Part shown: one piece after another, positions 8,054 to 16,734 of the stretch
Position numbering within the stretch: position 1 is the stretch's first letter
Layout: each line of letters opens with the position of its first letter
The notes under the pieces: model-generated
Told to the model about the DNA's origin: nothing
What the model saw: only the letters and a program-made list of their open reading frames with translations
Databases searched by the model: none
Source of the DNA: a virus
Lineage: Duplodnaviria > Heunggongvirae > Uroviricota > Caudoviricetes
Virus record (IMG/VR): IMGVR_UViG_3300044712_000823
Coordinates: 64,001-88,710 of that record
DNA: 24,710 bases
Strand: one strand, 5' to 3'
Translations under genes and position numbers: made by a program

Positions 8054-9243
8054 ATGTTTCTTATTCCGGCAAAATTTCTTTTAGAGAATTCGCTTCTATT
8101 TACAAACTTATCTGATTCTTTTCCATGGTGGAAAACGTAGCCTTCTGGATTAGCTGCTTCACCACCATGTTCATGTTTAAATTCTTGATGTTGATTCATC
8201 ACATTAATCAACACATTTTTAGCTCTTTGCAAGTGGTTATGTAGTTTGAATAAATTGTTGTAATGTTTCTTATTGCGTTCAATTTTATCCAATTCATCAG
8301 ACAATTCTTTTTGCTTCGCATTTCTATTCTTTTCCACCTTTAGCTTGTCAATCTGCTTATTTTTGGTGGTCTCCAACCATCTCTTGAAATTTTGGTGATT
8401 GGGTGCCTCGTCACTCCTTACGGTGTGATTGATATATGTTTCCAATGAACCACCGACACCTTGGTGTGCTTTGGTTCCAGCATACATATCATCACCATGT
8501 GTGTCATGCATTTGTTTAGCTGCCGTTATATGTTTTTGAAACTCTGCGCGATCTTTAGGTCCAAAATGCACCTTTGAAGTGTCCATTCTAGGATCCACGG
8601 AGAAAACATCAGGATGTGGTTTAAAATTTTCATGGTCAACTTCATGTGACGCATTTAAACTTGATGAATCTTTACCAGTATATGACAAGTGTGTAACTAC
8701 ACCAATCTTTGCTTTCTTGGCTCTAGAGCCGTGAGCACCACTTGCGGTGTATGTTATACCAGAAGGGTTCGGACGGAAAGAAGTACCCTCTTTGGTATTT
8801 TTTTTATCGTCGTCCGTGAACATCATATCACCTTGATAAACACCTTTTTCAGGTGCAACTTTTGGTAAGTGTTTCAATGCAGACTTCAACTTTTCAACAA
8901 GACCAGGTGCGTGACCATGGTTCTTCTCAATGTCCGCAGGAGTGTAATTTATTTTTGGTGTCTTATTGAATGCAGACTTTGAAGCAACAAAAAACTTTCC
9001 TGTTTCTGGATGATGACCATAGACAATCGCTGGTGAACCATCGTATTTTGTTGTCAGTTCTGAAGTTTTTTTACCCTGCTTAACATGTTCAGCAGCGGTT
9101 TCCAATGAAGAAAGCGCATGTTTTACACCCTTCTCACCGGCTTGGAGAGGGCGATCTTCTATATGCGTCAGGTGTTTAATTTGCCTGCTGGCGCCTTCTT
9201 CTGGGTCAGTTTGTTCTTTTAGGTACTGTGAAAACGGTTTCAT
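8050..9243 (-). CDS. ATP-dependent ligase-superfamily (RNA ligase-like) nucleotidyltransferase (recalled as DUF6267-like)
   Basis: Motif I TTKYDGS (K66), III YQGDMMF, IV PEGYVF, V DKFVNR; SD AGAGGA; begins MKPFSQYLKE. Confidence 0.8.
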   Translation of the reverse strand: MKPFSQYLKEQTDPEEGASRQIKHLTHIEDRPLQAGEKGVKHALSSLETAAEHVKQGKKTSELTTKYDGSPAIVYGHHPETGKFFVASKSAFNKTPKINYTPADIEKNHGHAPGLVEKLKSALKHLPKVAPEKGVYQGDMMFTDDDKKNTKEGTSFRPNPSGITYTASGAHGSRAKKAKIGVVTHLSYTGKDSSSLNASHEVDHENFKPHPDVFSVDPRMDTSKVHFGPKDRAEFQKHITAAKQMHDTHGDDMYAGTKAHQGVGGSLETYINHTVRSDEAPNHQNFKRWLETTKNKQIDKLKVEKNRNAKQKELSDELDKIERNKKHYNNLFKLHNHLQRAKNVLINVMNQHQEFKHEHGGEAANPEGYVFHHGKESDKFVNRSEFSKRNFAGIRNI

Positions 9244-9278
9244 TAAAATCCTCTGGAATAGTACACTATGACTATCTT

Positions 9279-10010
9279 TTATTTATAACCCCAAATTTTG
9301 GTATCAACCCAAACGTCCATATCTTCACGTATTAATGAGTGTTTCCCTATGTTAAATTTACCATCAACAAAAGGATGATTAATATCTATTCTCTCAAAAC
9401 TAATACCGAAGTGTTTTAAGTTCGCTTCTAGCATTGCATGACCACATAAAGAAACTCCTCTAGCAGCATGCCATCGCAAAAACAGATACGTGGAAGCGTA
9501 AATATCCATCGTTTCCGGATCAGCAATTGCGAATTGATCGTTCAGTAAAGAATTTTCATCGTCTGTGTCCTTCGAAACGTAAATTTTACCCTTCTCCAAG
9601 CTTGAAAAATCGATAACTTTATTTAAAGCTAGATCAAATCTACTTCTGACAATGAAGTCATATTTTACTGAATTGAAATTTTGATATTTTATTCTTAGAT
9701 TATTCGTTAGATAAATCGAATAAAACATTGATGTGCAAAAATTTGCTGGATGTGAAGCATTAGGAACAAATAGATCCGAATTTATATCCTCAGGCAAATT
9801 CTCATCTAAGATAAAATTTACTGGTCGATACAGATTAAAGATGCCATCATAAAGTGCAAACTTTGAGTGTTTTGGTCTCCAAGTGTGCGCGAAAACATCA
9901 ACATCATATCGATTCAGTAAATTAGCTTTTACATATTCGTGTGCTTTTCTGTAACTACGCGCTTGGCCCGAAAGGCACAGTGCAATTCTCGTCGATGAAT
10001 TGATTGACAT
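9279..10010 (-). CDS. Putative glycosyltransferase-like protein, paralog of 10437-11153
   Basis: RIALCLSGQAR, DVDVFAHTW, YDFIVRSRFDL and NDQFAIA align with the paralog. Start uncertain: ATG 10010 or ACG 9992. Confidence 0.65.
   Translation of the reverse strand: MSINSSTRIALCLSGQARSYRKAHEYVKANLLNRYDVDVFAHTWRPKHSKFALYDGIFNLYRPVNFILDENLPEDINSDLFVPNASHPANFCTSMFYSIYLTNNLRIKYQNFNSVKYDFIVRSRFDLALNKVIDFSSLEKGKIYVSKDTDDENSLLNDQFAIADPETMDIYASTYLFLRWHAARGVSLCGHAMLEANLKHFGISFERIDINHPFVDGKFNIGKHSLIREDMDVWVDTKIWGYK
9280..9287 (-). promoter_or_regulatory. T4 late promoter TATAAATA
   Basis: Exact consensus, overlapping the upstream stop codon, 36 nt before ATG 9243. Confidence 0.8.
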
Positions 10011-10440
10011 ACTTTGTACAAACTCCAGATATATTTTTGCAATTCTTGGTCCATTGCCACCAGTCATCTCTTGCCTCAGGTTGAACAGCAATCGAATTCC
10101 AAGTTAACTCTTTTCCGGGGTAAGTCCATATGTAGTTACTTGAGGTTAAAGTGAAATCATCGTTTTGATGCCAAAAATATTCATAAGGAAGTCCACTTGT
10201 GCTGAGTGACAAAAGTGCGTCCAAGTTTTTACAGTGTAGCCAGAGTCCCTGTTGCTGTAAAAACGTTTCACTAACTTCATAGTCTGGGCGATCATGTCCC
10301 AGAAACCATTTGTCTTTTATTCTCCAAACATCAATTTCACAATCAAATCCCTTTGCTAAAGCAGATTCAATTTGCTGTGGACGATTTTCCAAATTTACGT
10401 CTGGTCCATCAATCAGACCTCTATGTGCAATAAGTATCAT
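9955..10440 (-). CDS. Short glycerophosphodiester phosphodiesterase (GDPD)-like protein, BcbG-like
   Basis: IAHRG...ENRP...GFDCEIDVW catalytic and metal-binding motifs of the GDPD family. Confidence 0.8.
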   Translation of the reverse strand: MILIAHRGLIDGPDVNLENRPQQIESALAKGFDCEIDVWRIKDKWFLGHDRPDYEVSETFLQQQGLWLHCKNLDALLSLSTSGLPYEYFWHQNDDFTLTSSNYIWTYPGKELTWNSIAVQPEARDDWWQWTKNCKNISGVCTKYVNQFIDENCTVPFGPSA

Positions 10441-11153
10441 TGATAAAGACTCTTATGTTTATATTCACCCAAAGGGGTGTGCATGATTGTTTTATCTACC
10501 ATAAATTCTTGCCAAGGTAAACCAAGTCTCTTAATGAAATGTTCCGAAATAACATGTGGACACAAAAGACCTGTCTCCTGATATAGGAATGGAAGATGAT
10601 ATAAAACCTTACAGAATAAACTCATGGTGAAAAAGTTTCCAACCTGGATCATATCCGAGGTACCTTGACCCATATGGTTTCTGTAACCCAAAGTATAAAA
10701 CTTTTGAGGATCAAATTCAGGTAATTCTTCATTGAAGAACAAATCTGGTCTCATACGTATTATAAGATCATATGTCTGTCCTGTCAACATCATATAATCC
10801 TCTAACATAGTCATACCACGACCTACTTTAAACCACATGGAAATTTGGTTTTTTGGCACATGATATGAATTGGTAAATGCTTTTGCACGTTCACTAAAGT
10901 TTTGTTCAAAGGTTTCATACATATCGAAACGCATTTGCCGAACAGGAGTGTACACCTGAGACACTTTACCAAAATCAATCTTAGGACCACCTTCAGTGAT
11001 ACCTCGCTGTGAATGTGGGTCCCAATATGCTTCAGAATCCCACGTTTCAATAAACACATCAGCATCGTATTTGTCGATGATGTGTTTTCGTGTGTTAGGA
11101 GCAACTTGCTCCCAGCACCTCATATGACCAGTTAATAATAGTGCTACTTTCAT
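10437..11153 (-). CDS. Putative glycosyltransferase-like protein
   Basis: KVALLLTGHMR, DADVFIETW, YDLIIRMRPDL and SDMIQVG; lies within the sugar-modification operon. Confidence 0.65.
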   Translation of the reverse strand: MKVALLLTGHMRCWEQVAPNTRKHIIDKYDADVFIETWDSEAYWDPHSQRGITEGGPKIDFGKVSQVYTPVRQMRFDMYETFEQNFSERAKAFTNSYHVPKNQISMWFKVGRGMTMLEDYMMLTGQTYDLIIRMRPDLFFNEELPEFDPQKFYTLGYRNHMGQGTSDMIQVGNFFTMSLFCKVLYHLPFLYQETGLLCPHVISEHFIKRLGLPWQEFMVDKTIMHTPLGEYKHKSLYQ

Positions 11154-11821
11154 TTTCTTTTTGCAACCCAGAATCTACGCATACCACCACCATCATTGCG
11201 ATTATAATTTTCACGTTCCGCATCACCCGTTACAACCCAATCGTAACGATGAATACCATCATTTAAATCCGCATCATCATAACGTTTAAATTCGAAGCCG
11301 TTATCTTCAAAAACTTTTTCAACATATGATGCACTAGGTCTTGTTGCGATCTTTTTATCATTGATAGCTTGATCGTAACCATCAGGATCAATAACCTTAG
11401 CTTCAAAAATCTTATTAGTGTCAGCAATTTCGCTTTCTAAAATAATCAGATCAGTATGTTTCAATGCACATTCCAAATCTTGCTTCCAATTATCCAGGTG
11501 ATACATTACGCCAAAGTGAATAACAATATCAAATTTACGGTTGAGATTCCATTCATTTTCTTGGTCAAGCTGAAAGACTTCAGAACCTGGATTGTTTTCT
11601 TGTATATTTTGAATGTGTTCCACACGACCCTCAGTGAAGGTTACGTTTGCACCACGATTCTCTTTGAAGTGCTTACCAATGTCACCGAAACCACATGCAA
11701 GCTCAAGAATAGATTTGCCTTTGAAAAAGTCTTCACCAAAAATCTGTTCGATTTTTTTTATTCTGACTGGCCTCCATGATCTGTAGTGATCCATGAATTT
11801 GCTATTTTCTTCTCTTTTCAT
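11150..11821 (-). CDS. Class I SAM-dependent methyltransferase
   Basis: SAM motif ILELACGFGDIG and FDIVIHFGVMYHL. Start moved to ATG 11821 (ATGA overlap). Confidence 0.88.
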   Translation of the reverse strand: MKREENSKFMDHYRSWRPVRIKKIEQIFGEDFFKGKSILELACGFGDIGKHFKENRGANVTFTEGRVEHIQNIQENNPGSEVFQLDQENEWNLNRKFDIVIHFGVMYHLDNWKQDLECALKHTDLIILESEIADTNKIFEAKVIDPDGYDQAINDKKIATRPSASYVEKVFEDNGFEFKRYDDADLNDGIHRYDWVVTGDAERENYNRNDGGGMRRFWVAKRK

Positions 11822-13188
11822 TTGTGGTGTTCCAAGTAGTGATTCAAATCTTCTGGTGTACCCAAGCCCCACATACGTTCAATATTTTTTACACGAATCT
11901 TTTTCCCATCTTGAATTGCTTCATTGAAAACTGGGCAGACATAGAATTCGTTATTGACGCGAATGTTTTTAGAAATCATTTGTTCTGCATACTTGACATA
12001 ATCTTTACCATGTTTCCAGTAATAGATGCCGACTGTAGCAATATTTGAAATGGGTTTCTTTTCTGCAACTTCGGAAACAAAACCATTTTCATCTAGTTTT
12101 GCGAATGACCATTTTGGATGTGTAGATTCGAACGTAACAATACCACCATCGATCATGTCCGCAGTGAAAGCATACAGACACTCGTTTGAATTCCATTCAA
12201 CGAATTGGTCGGAGTTTGCCATCAGTAGTGGCTCATCATTATCAATAAATTGTTTAGCCAGCAGCGTGGTGCAAGCTGCACCCTCGGTCAAACCGTCTAC
12301 CTGAACAATGTCACAACCAGGCGCAATCAGATTTAGCACAGACTGTAAATTATATTTTTCATAATGTTCTTTTTGAACAATGAAAACAAAATGTGCATCT
12401 ACATTCAAGTTATCCACTACAATTTGAATCATTGGCTTTCCATTAACTTCAATTAGTGGCTTCGGGAAAGTATAGCCTGCTTGAGCGAATCTTGAGCCTG
12501 CTCCAGCCATAGGAATCAAAACATTCATTTTTTTATTTCTCCATGGAATCTTTTTTTGGTTGCCTGCATTAACATGTTCTTTGCAGAAATTAATAAAATC
12601 GGTGAACTTTAAATCATATGCATCTTTTACTGGATACAAATTTGCTCCAGAGTTGATTGCACCTTCACGACCAATGTGCGAATCTTCTACAATGATTGTG
12701 TCTTTTGGTAATGCTTTAAGTTTGACCATGCATTGCCAATACATTTCTGGGAATGGCTTCGTGTTAAACACATCTTCATTGCTGACAAAGTAATCGACAT
12801 AATCCATGGCACCACTTGACAACAAAGCAATCTTGATCGTTTCGCGTATACTATTTGAAGCAACAGCAATTTTCCATCCATCACTTTTAAGTGATGACAT
12901 AGAAAATAAAACATCTCTATTGTAGTATGCATTTGGAATTAACTTGAATGTAGCTTCTTGTTTGTCTTTCCAAACTTGGTCATATGTACTAACAGGAAGA
13001 CCTTTTTCTTCCGTCAGCATCTTTAATTTCTTTGTTGTGTTTAGGCCATCATATTTGCTCAGATGTTCCTCACGTGTGATAACATATTTTTCATCAACTT
13101 TACGTAAAGCATCATTTAATGCATCATAATGCAATTCACGTGAATCAAGAATCACACCATCTAAATCAAAAATAACTAACTTATTCAT
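11818..13188 (-). CDS. HAD phosphatase fused to a sugar-nucleotidyltransferase-like domain (BcbE-like)
   Basis: HAD motifs FDLDGV, VASNS, KPFP and IVEDS; then LIPMAGAGSRF...FPKPLI, ANSDQ and GIYYWK. Start moved to ATG 13188. Confidence 0.9.
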   Translation of the reverse strand: MNKLVIFDLDGVILDSRELHYDALNDALRKVDEKYVITREEHLSKYDGLNTTKKLKMLTEEKGLPVSTYDQVWKDKQEATFKLIPNAYYNRDVLFSMSSLKSDGWKIAVASNSIRETIKIALLSSGAMDYVDYFVSNEDVFNTKPFPEMYWQCMVKLKALPKDTIIVEDSHIGREGAINSGANLYPVKDAYDLKFTDFINFCKEHVNAGNQKKIPWRNKKMNVLIPMAGAGSRFAQAGYTFPKPLIEVNGKPMIQIVVDNLNVDAHFVFIVQKEHYEKYNLQSVLNLIAPGCDIVQVDGLTEGAACTTLLAKQFIDNDEPLLMANSDQFVEWNSNECLYAFTADMIDGGIVTFESTHPKWSFAKLDENGFVSEVAEKKPISNIATVGIYYWKHGKDYVKYAEQMISKNIRVNNEFYVCPVFNEAIQDGKKIRVKNIERMWGLGTPEDLNHYLEHHK

Positions 13189-14011
13189 GTTTATTGAACT
13201 TTCTAAGAATAGAACGAACTTCTTCCATTGGTGCATTTGGATCCATTTTATGCAATTCGAACATATCAGGATTATAGAAGTATGACATCAACAATAGACC
13301 TTGATCGTCATCAACAAGACCATTTTGCATCAATGTTTTCAATGAAGATTGCATACTATCTTTAAGTGTAGCCCATTGTTCTTTTTGTCCAACAAAAACG
13401 CCACCAATAATATAGACAATGTTATTCAGAACTGCAATCGTAACATCAGCAGTTGAGTTGCGGAGATTAGGCTCACGGTAGTTGAAATAGTGCATCAAAC
13501 CTGGAGTGAAATCATATTCCCACTTTTTGCTTTGTGGAATATGTTCATCATCACGGCAATAACCGAAATCGACCCATGCAGCCCACTCATTCGTGATTAA
13601 CCCACGTTCATATGCATCATGCACATAGAATGCTTTTAGAGAAGTTACACCAACATAATCTTTCGACCAATATTCTGGATTACGAACTTGATACGGATTG
13701 ATTCTCTTAATGAAGTTTGGATCTTTTTGGATTCTCTCAATATTCTCACGCAAATCTTTATGAATGTTGAAATAGTCATATTCAACAACTTTAATTTTTG
13801 GTGAAATTTTTGAAATCTTTTCTGTGAGATCAGGAGAAGTGTAAACAATTATTTCAGCATCGATTTCACACATTCGTGCAAAATGATCGAAATATTTCTC
13901 GTTTGATCTTTCAAGATAGTGAGGAAGTGGCCCGCCATTCTTTTCAAGTTGTGTCGTCCAATCGCCACGACCAATATCATAGAAAGCGGTCACAATAGAA
14001 ATTTTGCTCAT
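13181..14011 (-). CDS. HtrL/YibB (WlaTC-like) family putative glycosyltransferase
   Basis: SIVTAFYDIGRG.W, RS..KY...F, AAWVDFG, GGVFVG and DDDQ motifs recalled for this family. ATG 14011 has a GGGA SD. Confidence 0.75.
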   Translation of the reverse strand: MSKISIVTAFYDIGRGDWTTQLEKNGGPLPHYLERSNEKYFDHFARMCEIDAEIIVYTSPDLTEKISKISPKIKVVEYDYFNIHKDLRENIERIQKDPNFIKRINPYQVRNPEYWSKDYVGVTSLKAFYVHDAYERGLITNEWAAWVDFGYCRDDEHIPQSKKWEYDFTPGLMHYFNYREPNLRNSTADVTIAVLNNIVYIIGGVFVGQKEQWATLKDSMQSSLKTLMQNGLVDDDQGLLLMSYFYNPDMFELHKMDPNAPMEEVRSILRKFNKHE

Positions 14012-14035
14012 TTTCAAAGTCCCATAGTTATAAAA

Positions 14036-14920
14036 TTATATTTTGTAAGTGAAGTATTTAGGTGAAGTGCCTGTATTAGTGTCCGATTTGACAGAAAATT
14101 GGAATTTTTCCATATAAAATTCCATCCATTCAGGAACTCTATCATATTGGTGTACAATAGTGAAAGGTTTGCCTTCAGAATTATATACGATTCCGTCCTT
14201 CATGTAAGGACGATTTTCCAATAAATAAGGACCAAACTGTTCCATTTGGTCCGGCTTATTAGTTACGTGTGCATTTACTGCCCATGCGTCAGACAATCTC
14301 ATTTTGATTGCTACGTCACTCCATGGTTTATATCCAAGTAACATATTATATGCAGCTTGATCTGCCACCCAATCGGGACGATTTAGTGACATTTGATATA
14401 AGTGAAAACACAAGTCTTTAATGTATTCTGTAGTGCCTGCAAGAATACCGACGTTGTAAACATCATTCTTCATCACATTCTTATAGAAGTAGTGTCCGAA
14501 GTTTTTGATGATGTTATCACGATTCCAAGCTTCATGTTCAATCTTAATTGATTCAGATTGTGCAATGATTCCTTTGTCTTTGCTACCAAAAACTTTTTGC
14601 AGATATTCGCTTGGGTTTTTCTGAAAAATTACATCACGTACATCAGTAGTGATTACATAACGATACAGTTCACCATATAGATCCAAGTAATTGTAAACAT
14701 GCAAGAAACGAAGCATGTGAATCATTTCATTATTCGGATTTGTCGCCTTAATTACATTCACTCCAGCACGTTCAATTTGTTCGATTGTGTGGTTGTCAAC
14801 ATTAATTGCAACTAAAGCAATTTCCCCATCAAAGCCTGATTCCTTAATCGAATTGATCCAAGGCTTCAACAAATCAAATTCATAATTCGTGAAAGCACCA
14901 ATAATTAAATCTTTCGCCAT
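14036..14920 (-). CDS. GT-A fold nucleotide-diphospho-sugar transferase-like protein
   Basis: YVITTDVRDVIFQ, YNVGILAG, DQAAYN and IVHQYDR. Confidence 0.7.
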   Translation of the reverse strand: MAKDLIIGAFTNYEFDLLKPWINSIKESGFDGEIALVAINVDNHTIEQIERAGVNVIKATNPNNEMIHMLRFLHVYNYLDLYGELYRYVITTDVRDVIFQKNPSEYLQKVFGSKDKGIIAQSESIKIEHEAWNRDNIIKNFGHYFYKNVMKNDVYNVGILAGTTEYIKDLCFHLYQMSLNRPDWVADQAAYNMLLGYKPWSDVAIKMRLSDAWAVNAHVTNKPDQMEQFGPYLLENRPYMKDGIVYNSEGKPFTIVHQYDRVPEWMEFYMEKFQFSVKSDTNTGTSPKYFTYKI

Positions 14921-15630
14921 GGGTATTCTCCATTCATTTTATTTTTCATCATTTCATTACCCTTAATGAAGAAGCTATCTTGTACCGAATCGACTCGGCT
15001 TGCTACACGATAGTTTACACTATATTGACCATTGGTGTCAAATTTTTTGAAGTTGTGCATCATAAAAGGTGATAGAATCCTATCAACTTCCGGTTGTTCA
15101 TTTGGATGTCTTGCGCGGCGATACCAATATGGTGAAAAACCAATCGCAGCATTTCTTGGAATCATAAAACAATTCACATCAATGAATTTATCACCCAGCA
15201 CAGAATCCCATTTGCCCAATGATTCACAATCGTCGTTGCAAATGTATTGTCCGTCCTGAGATACAATTCTCCTCAATGAATATGCCCATTCATTTCCTTG
15301 TCGAATGAGTTCAACCAAAGATTCGATATGTGTATTTTCATACCAATTATCTTCATCGAGGAAACAAAGAAAATCACCATCAACTAGATATGAATATGCT
15401 GCGTAAATTCGATGGCCGTTATAACCACTGTGACCAGTATTATAAGGAACATTTACGATGTTAGTTTGGAAATCTTGTAGAATGTCGTGAACAAATCTTG
15501 TCTTTTCAGGTTTATCTACAACAACAATGTGTTCGAAGTTTTTATAAGTTTGTTTTTGAACCGATTTTGCTGCATCATATACTTGGCGATCACCTGTTGT
15601 AGGTGTAATCACCGTCACTTTTGGATTCAT
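14905..15630 (-). CDS. Glycosyltransferase family 2
   Basis: KVTVITPT, QKQTYKNFEHIVVVD and LCFLDEDNWY (DxD). Confidence 0.9.
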   Translation of the reverse strand: MNPKVTVITPTTGDRQVYDAAKSVQKQTYKNFEHIVVVDKPEKTRFVHDILQDFQTNIVNVPYNTGHSGYNGHRIYAAYSYLVDGDFLCFLDEDNWYENTHIESLVELIRQGNEWAYSLRRIVSQDGQYICNDDCESLGKWDSVLGDKFIDVNCFMIPRNAAIGFSPYWYRRARHPNEQPEVDRILSPFMMHNFKKFDTNGQYSVNYRVASRVDSVQDSFFIKGNEMMKNKMNGEYPWRKI

Positions 15631-15631
15631 A

Positions 15632-15913
15632 TTAACTCCGAGTTATTTTTAAGATTCTTTCAATCTGTTTTTCGATTGCTGGTTTTCTGTTTGGCCAATA
15701 TATGTATTCTTTGTCGGCCGTCTTTAAAAGCTTTGTCAGAAAAGGCACAATTAGTTTTTCAACTTCTGCAAGCTTTGCTTTATATGCTTCTGCGGTATCA
15801 GTAGCATCATTGATAACTTTCGAATATTCATCCTCAGAAACGGCTGAAAACCCGAAATCATTATCATCATCAAATTCTTTGAGAATTTTTTGTATATCTA
15901 AGTCTAGTGGCAT
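15632..15913 (-). CDS. Conserved hypothetical protein
   Basis: Operon-packed 93 aa ORF with DFGFSAV and KEYIYWPNR motifs. Confidence 0.75.
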   Translation of the reverse strand: MPLDLDIQKILKEFDDDNDFGFSAVSEDEYSKVINDATDTAEAYKAKLAEVEKLIVPFLTKLLKTADKEYIYWPNRKPAIEKQIERILKITRS

Positions 15914-15920
15914 TTTTTAA

Positions 15921-16715
15921 TTATGGTAATACAATATTTTTTTCATCAATTGTAGCAGATTTACCTACGACCGGACCAATATTGTAAGGTGATTTTGTGA
16001 CAGATTTGAATTGAATTTCCATTGTTATCTGATAGCCTTGGGCTCCTGCTGAAGGCCAACCTTTTCTTTTTTCCTCATCATTCGCTTTTGTCACACCTTT
16101 TGATTGTATCCTTATGCGTAAAATAGCAGTATGATGATTATCCCATAGTGGAATTTTTGGATTCGACGTTTTGTTTAAATCGGCAGGATCATTCTTACCT
16201 AGTAAGTAAAACCCATGTGTCGCAACATTTAAATAATATGTTTTTTTAATGTTGTAATATGAACTGATTGTACTTGTGGGCAACGGAAAAAAGATATCTC
16301 TGCAATTTTTTAAGTCACTATCATATCTTTCTTTTAATGTTAGACCTGATCTTCTAACTCTTGCAATCCATTTATCATCACGATTAGTTTGTATGAAAGG
16401 TTCTACTTTCCATTTACTCTTAATTGCTTGCAAAACTTTTGCGTCAGTACCAAGACCTTTCAAAAACTCTTTCTCCGCACTTCCTTCTGTTTCACCGAAA
16501 GCATATTTTCCGCCACCGAGATGATGTATAACAAGAGAACCAGCGGAAGCTAAATCTTTCTTTAGTTCGCAACCATATTCAACACCACCAATCAAGAGAT
16601 CCAAATCTGGTCTGTCGGAAGAGGCACCGGCAGGCTTATATGATTTTTTAACCCAATTCTTTTTGATTAGGGCTTTCGCCACATTTTCTTCATATAAAAA
16701 ACCTTCTTGTGCCAT
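15921..16715 (-). CDS. PD-(D/E)xK restriction-endonuclease-like nuclease
   Basis: Helix GFLYEENV, then RPDLDL...YGCELKK; basic protein; first gene after a late promoter. Confidence 0.65.
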   Translation of the reverse strand: MAQEGFLYEENVAKALIKKNWVKKSYKPAGASSDRPDLDLLIGGVEYGCELKKDLASAGSLVIHHLGGGKYAFGETEGSAEKEFLKGLGTDAKVLQAIKSKWKVEPFIQTNRDDKWIARVRRSGLTLKERYDSDLKNCRDIFFPLPTSTISSYYNIKKTYYLNVATHGFYLLGKNDPADLNKTSNPKIPLWDNHHTAILRIRIQSKGVTKANDEEKRKGWPSAGAQGYQITMEIQFKSVTKSPYNIGPVVGKSATIDEKNIVLP

Positions 16716-16734
16716 TCTAAGTCCTAAATGAAAT

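Noticed and set aside
11150-11821. Methyltransferase as a Hen1-type RNA-repair partner or a DNA methyltransferase for the nuclease
   Set aside because: No DPPY/NPPY or PC motif, embedded in the glycan operon, and in a different transcription unit from the ligase.
14055-14062. CCTAAATA as an internal late promoter
   Set aside because: Only a 6/8 match in AT-rich coding sequence; possible but not supportable.
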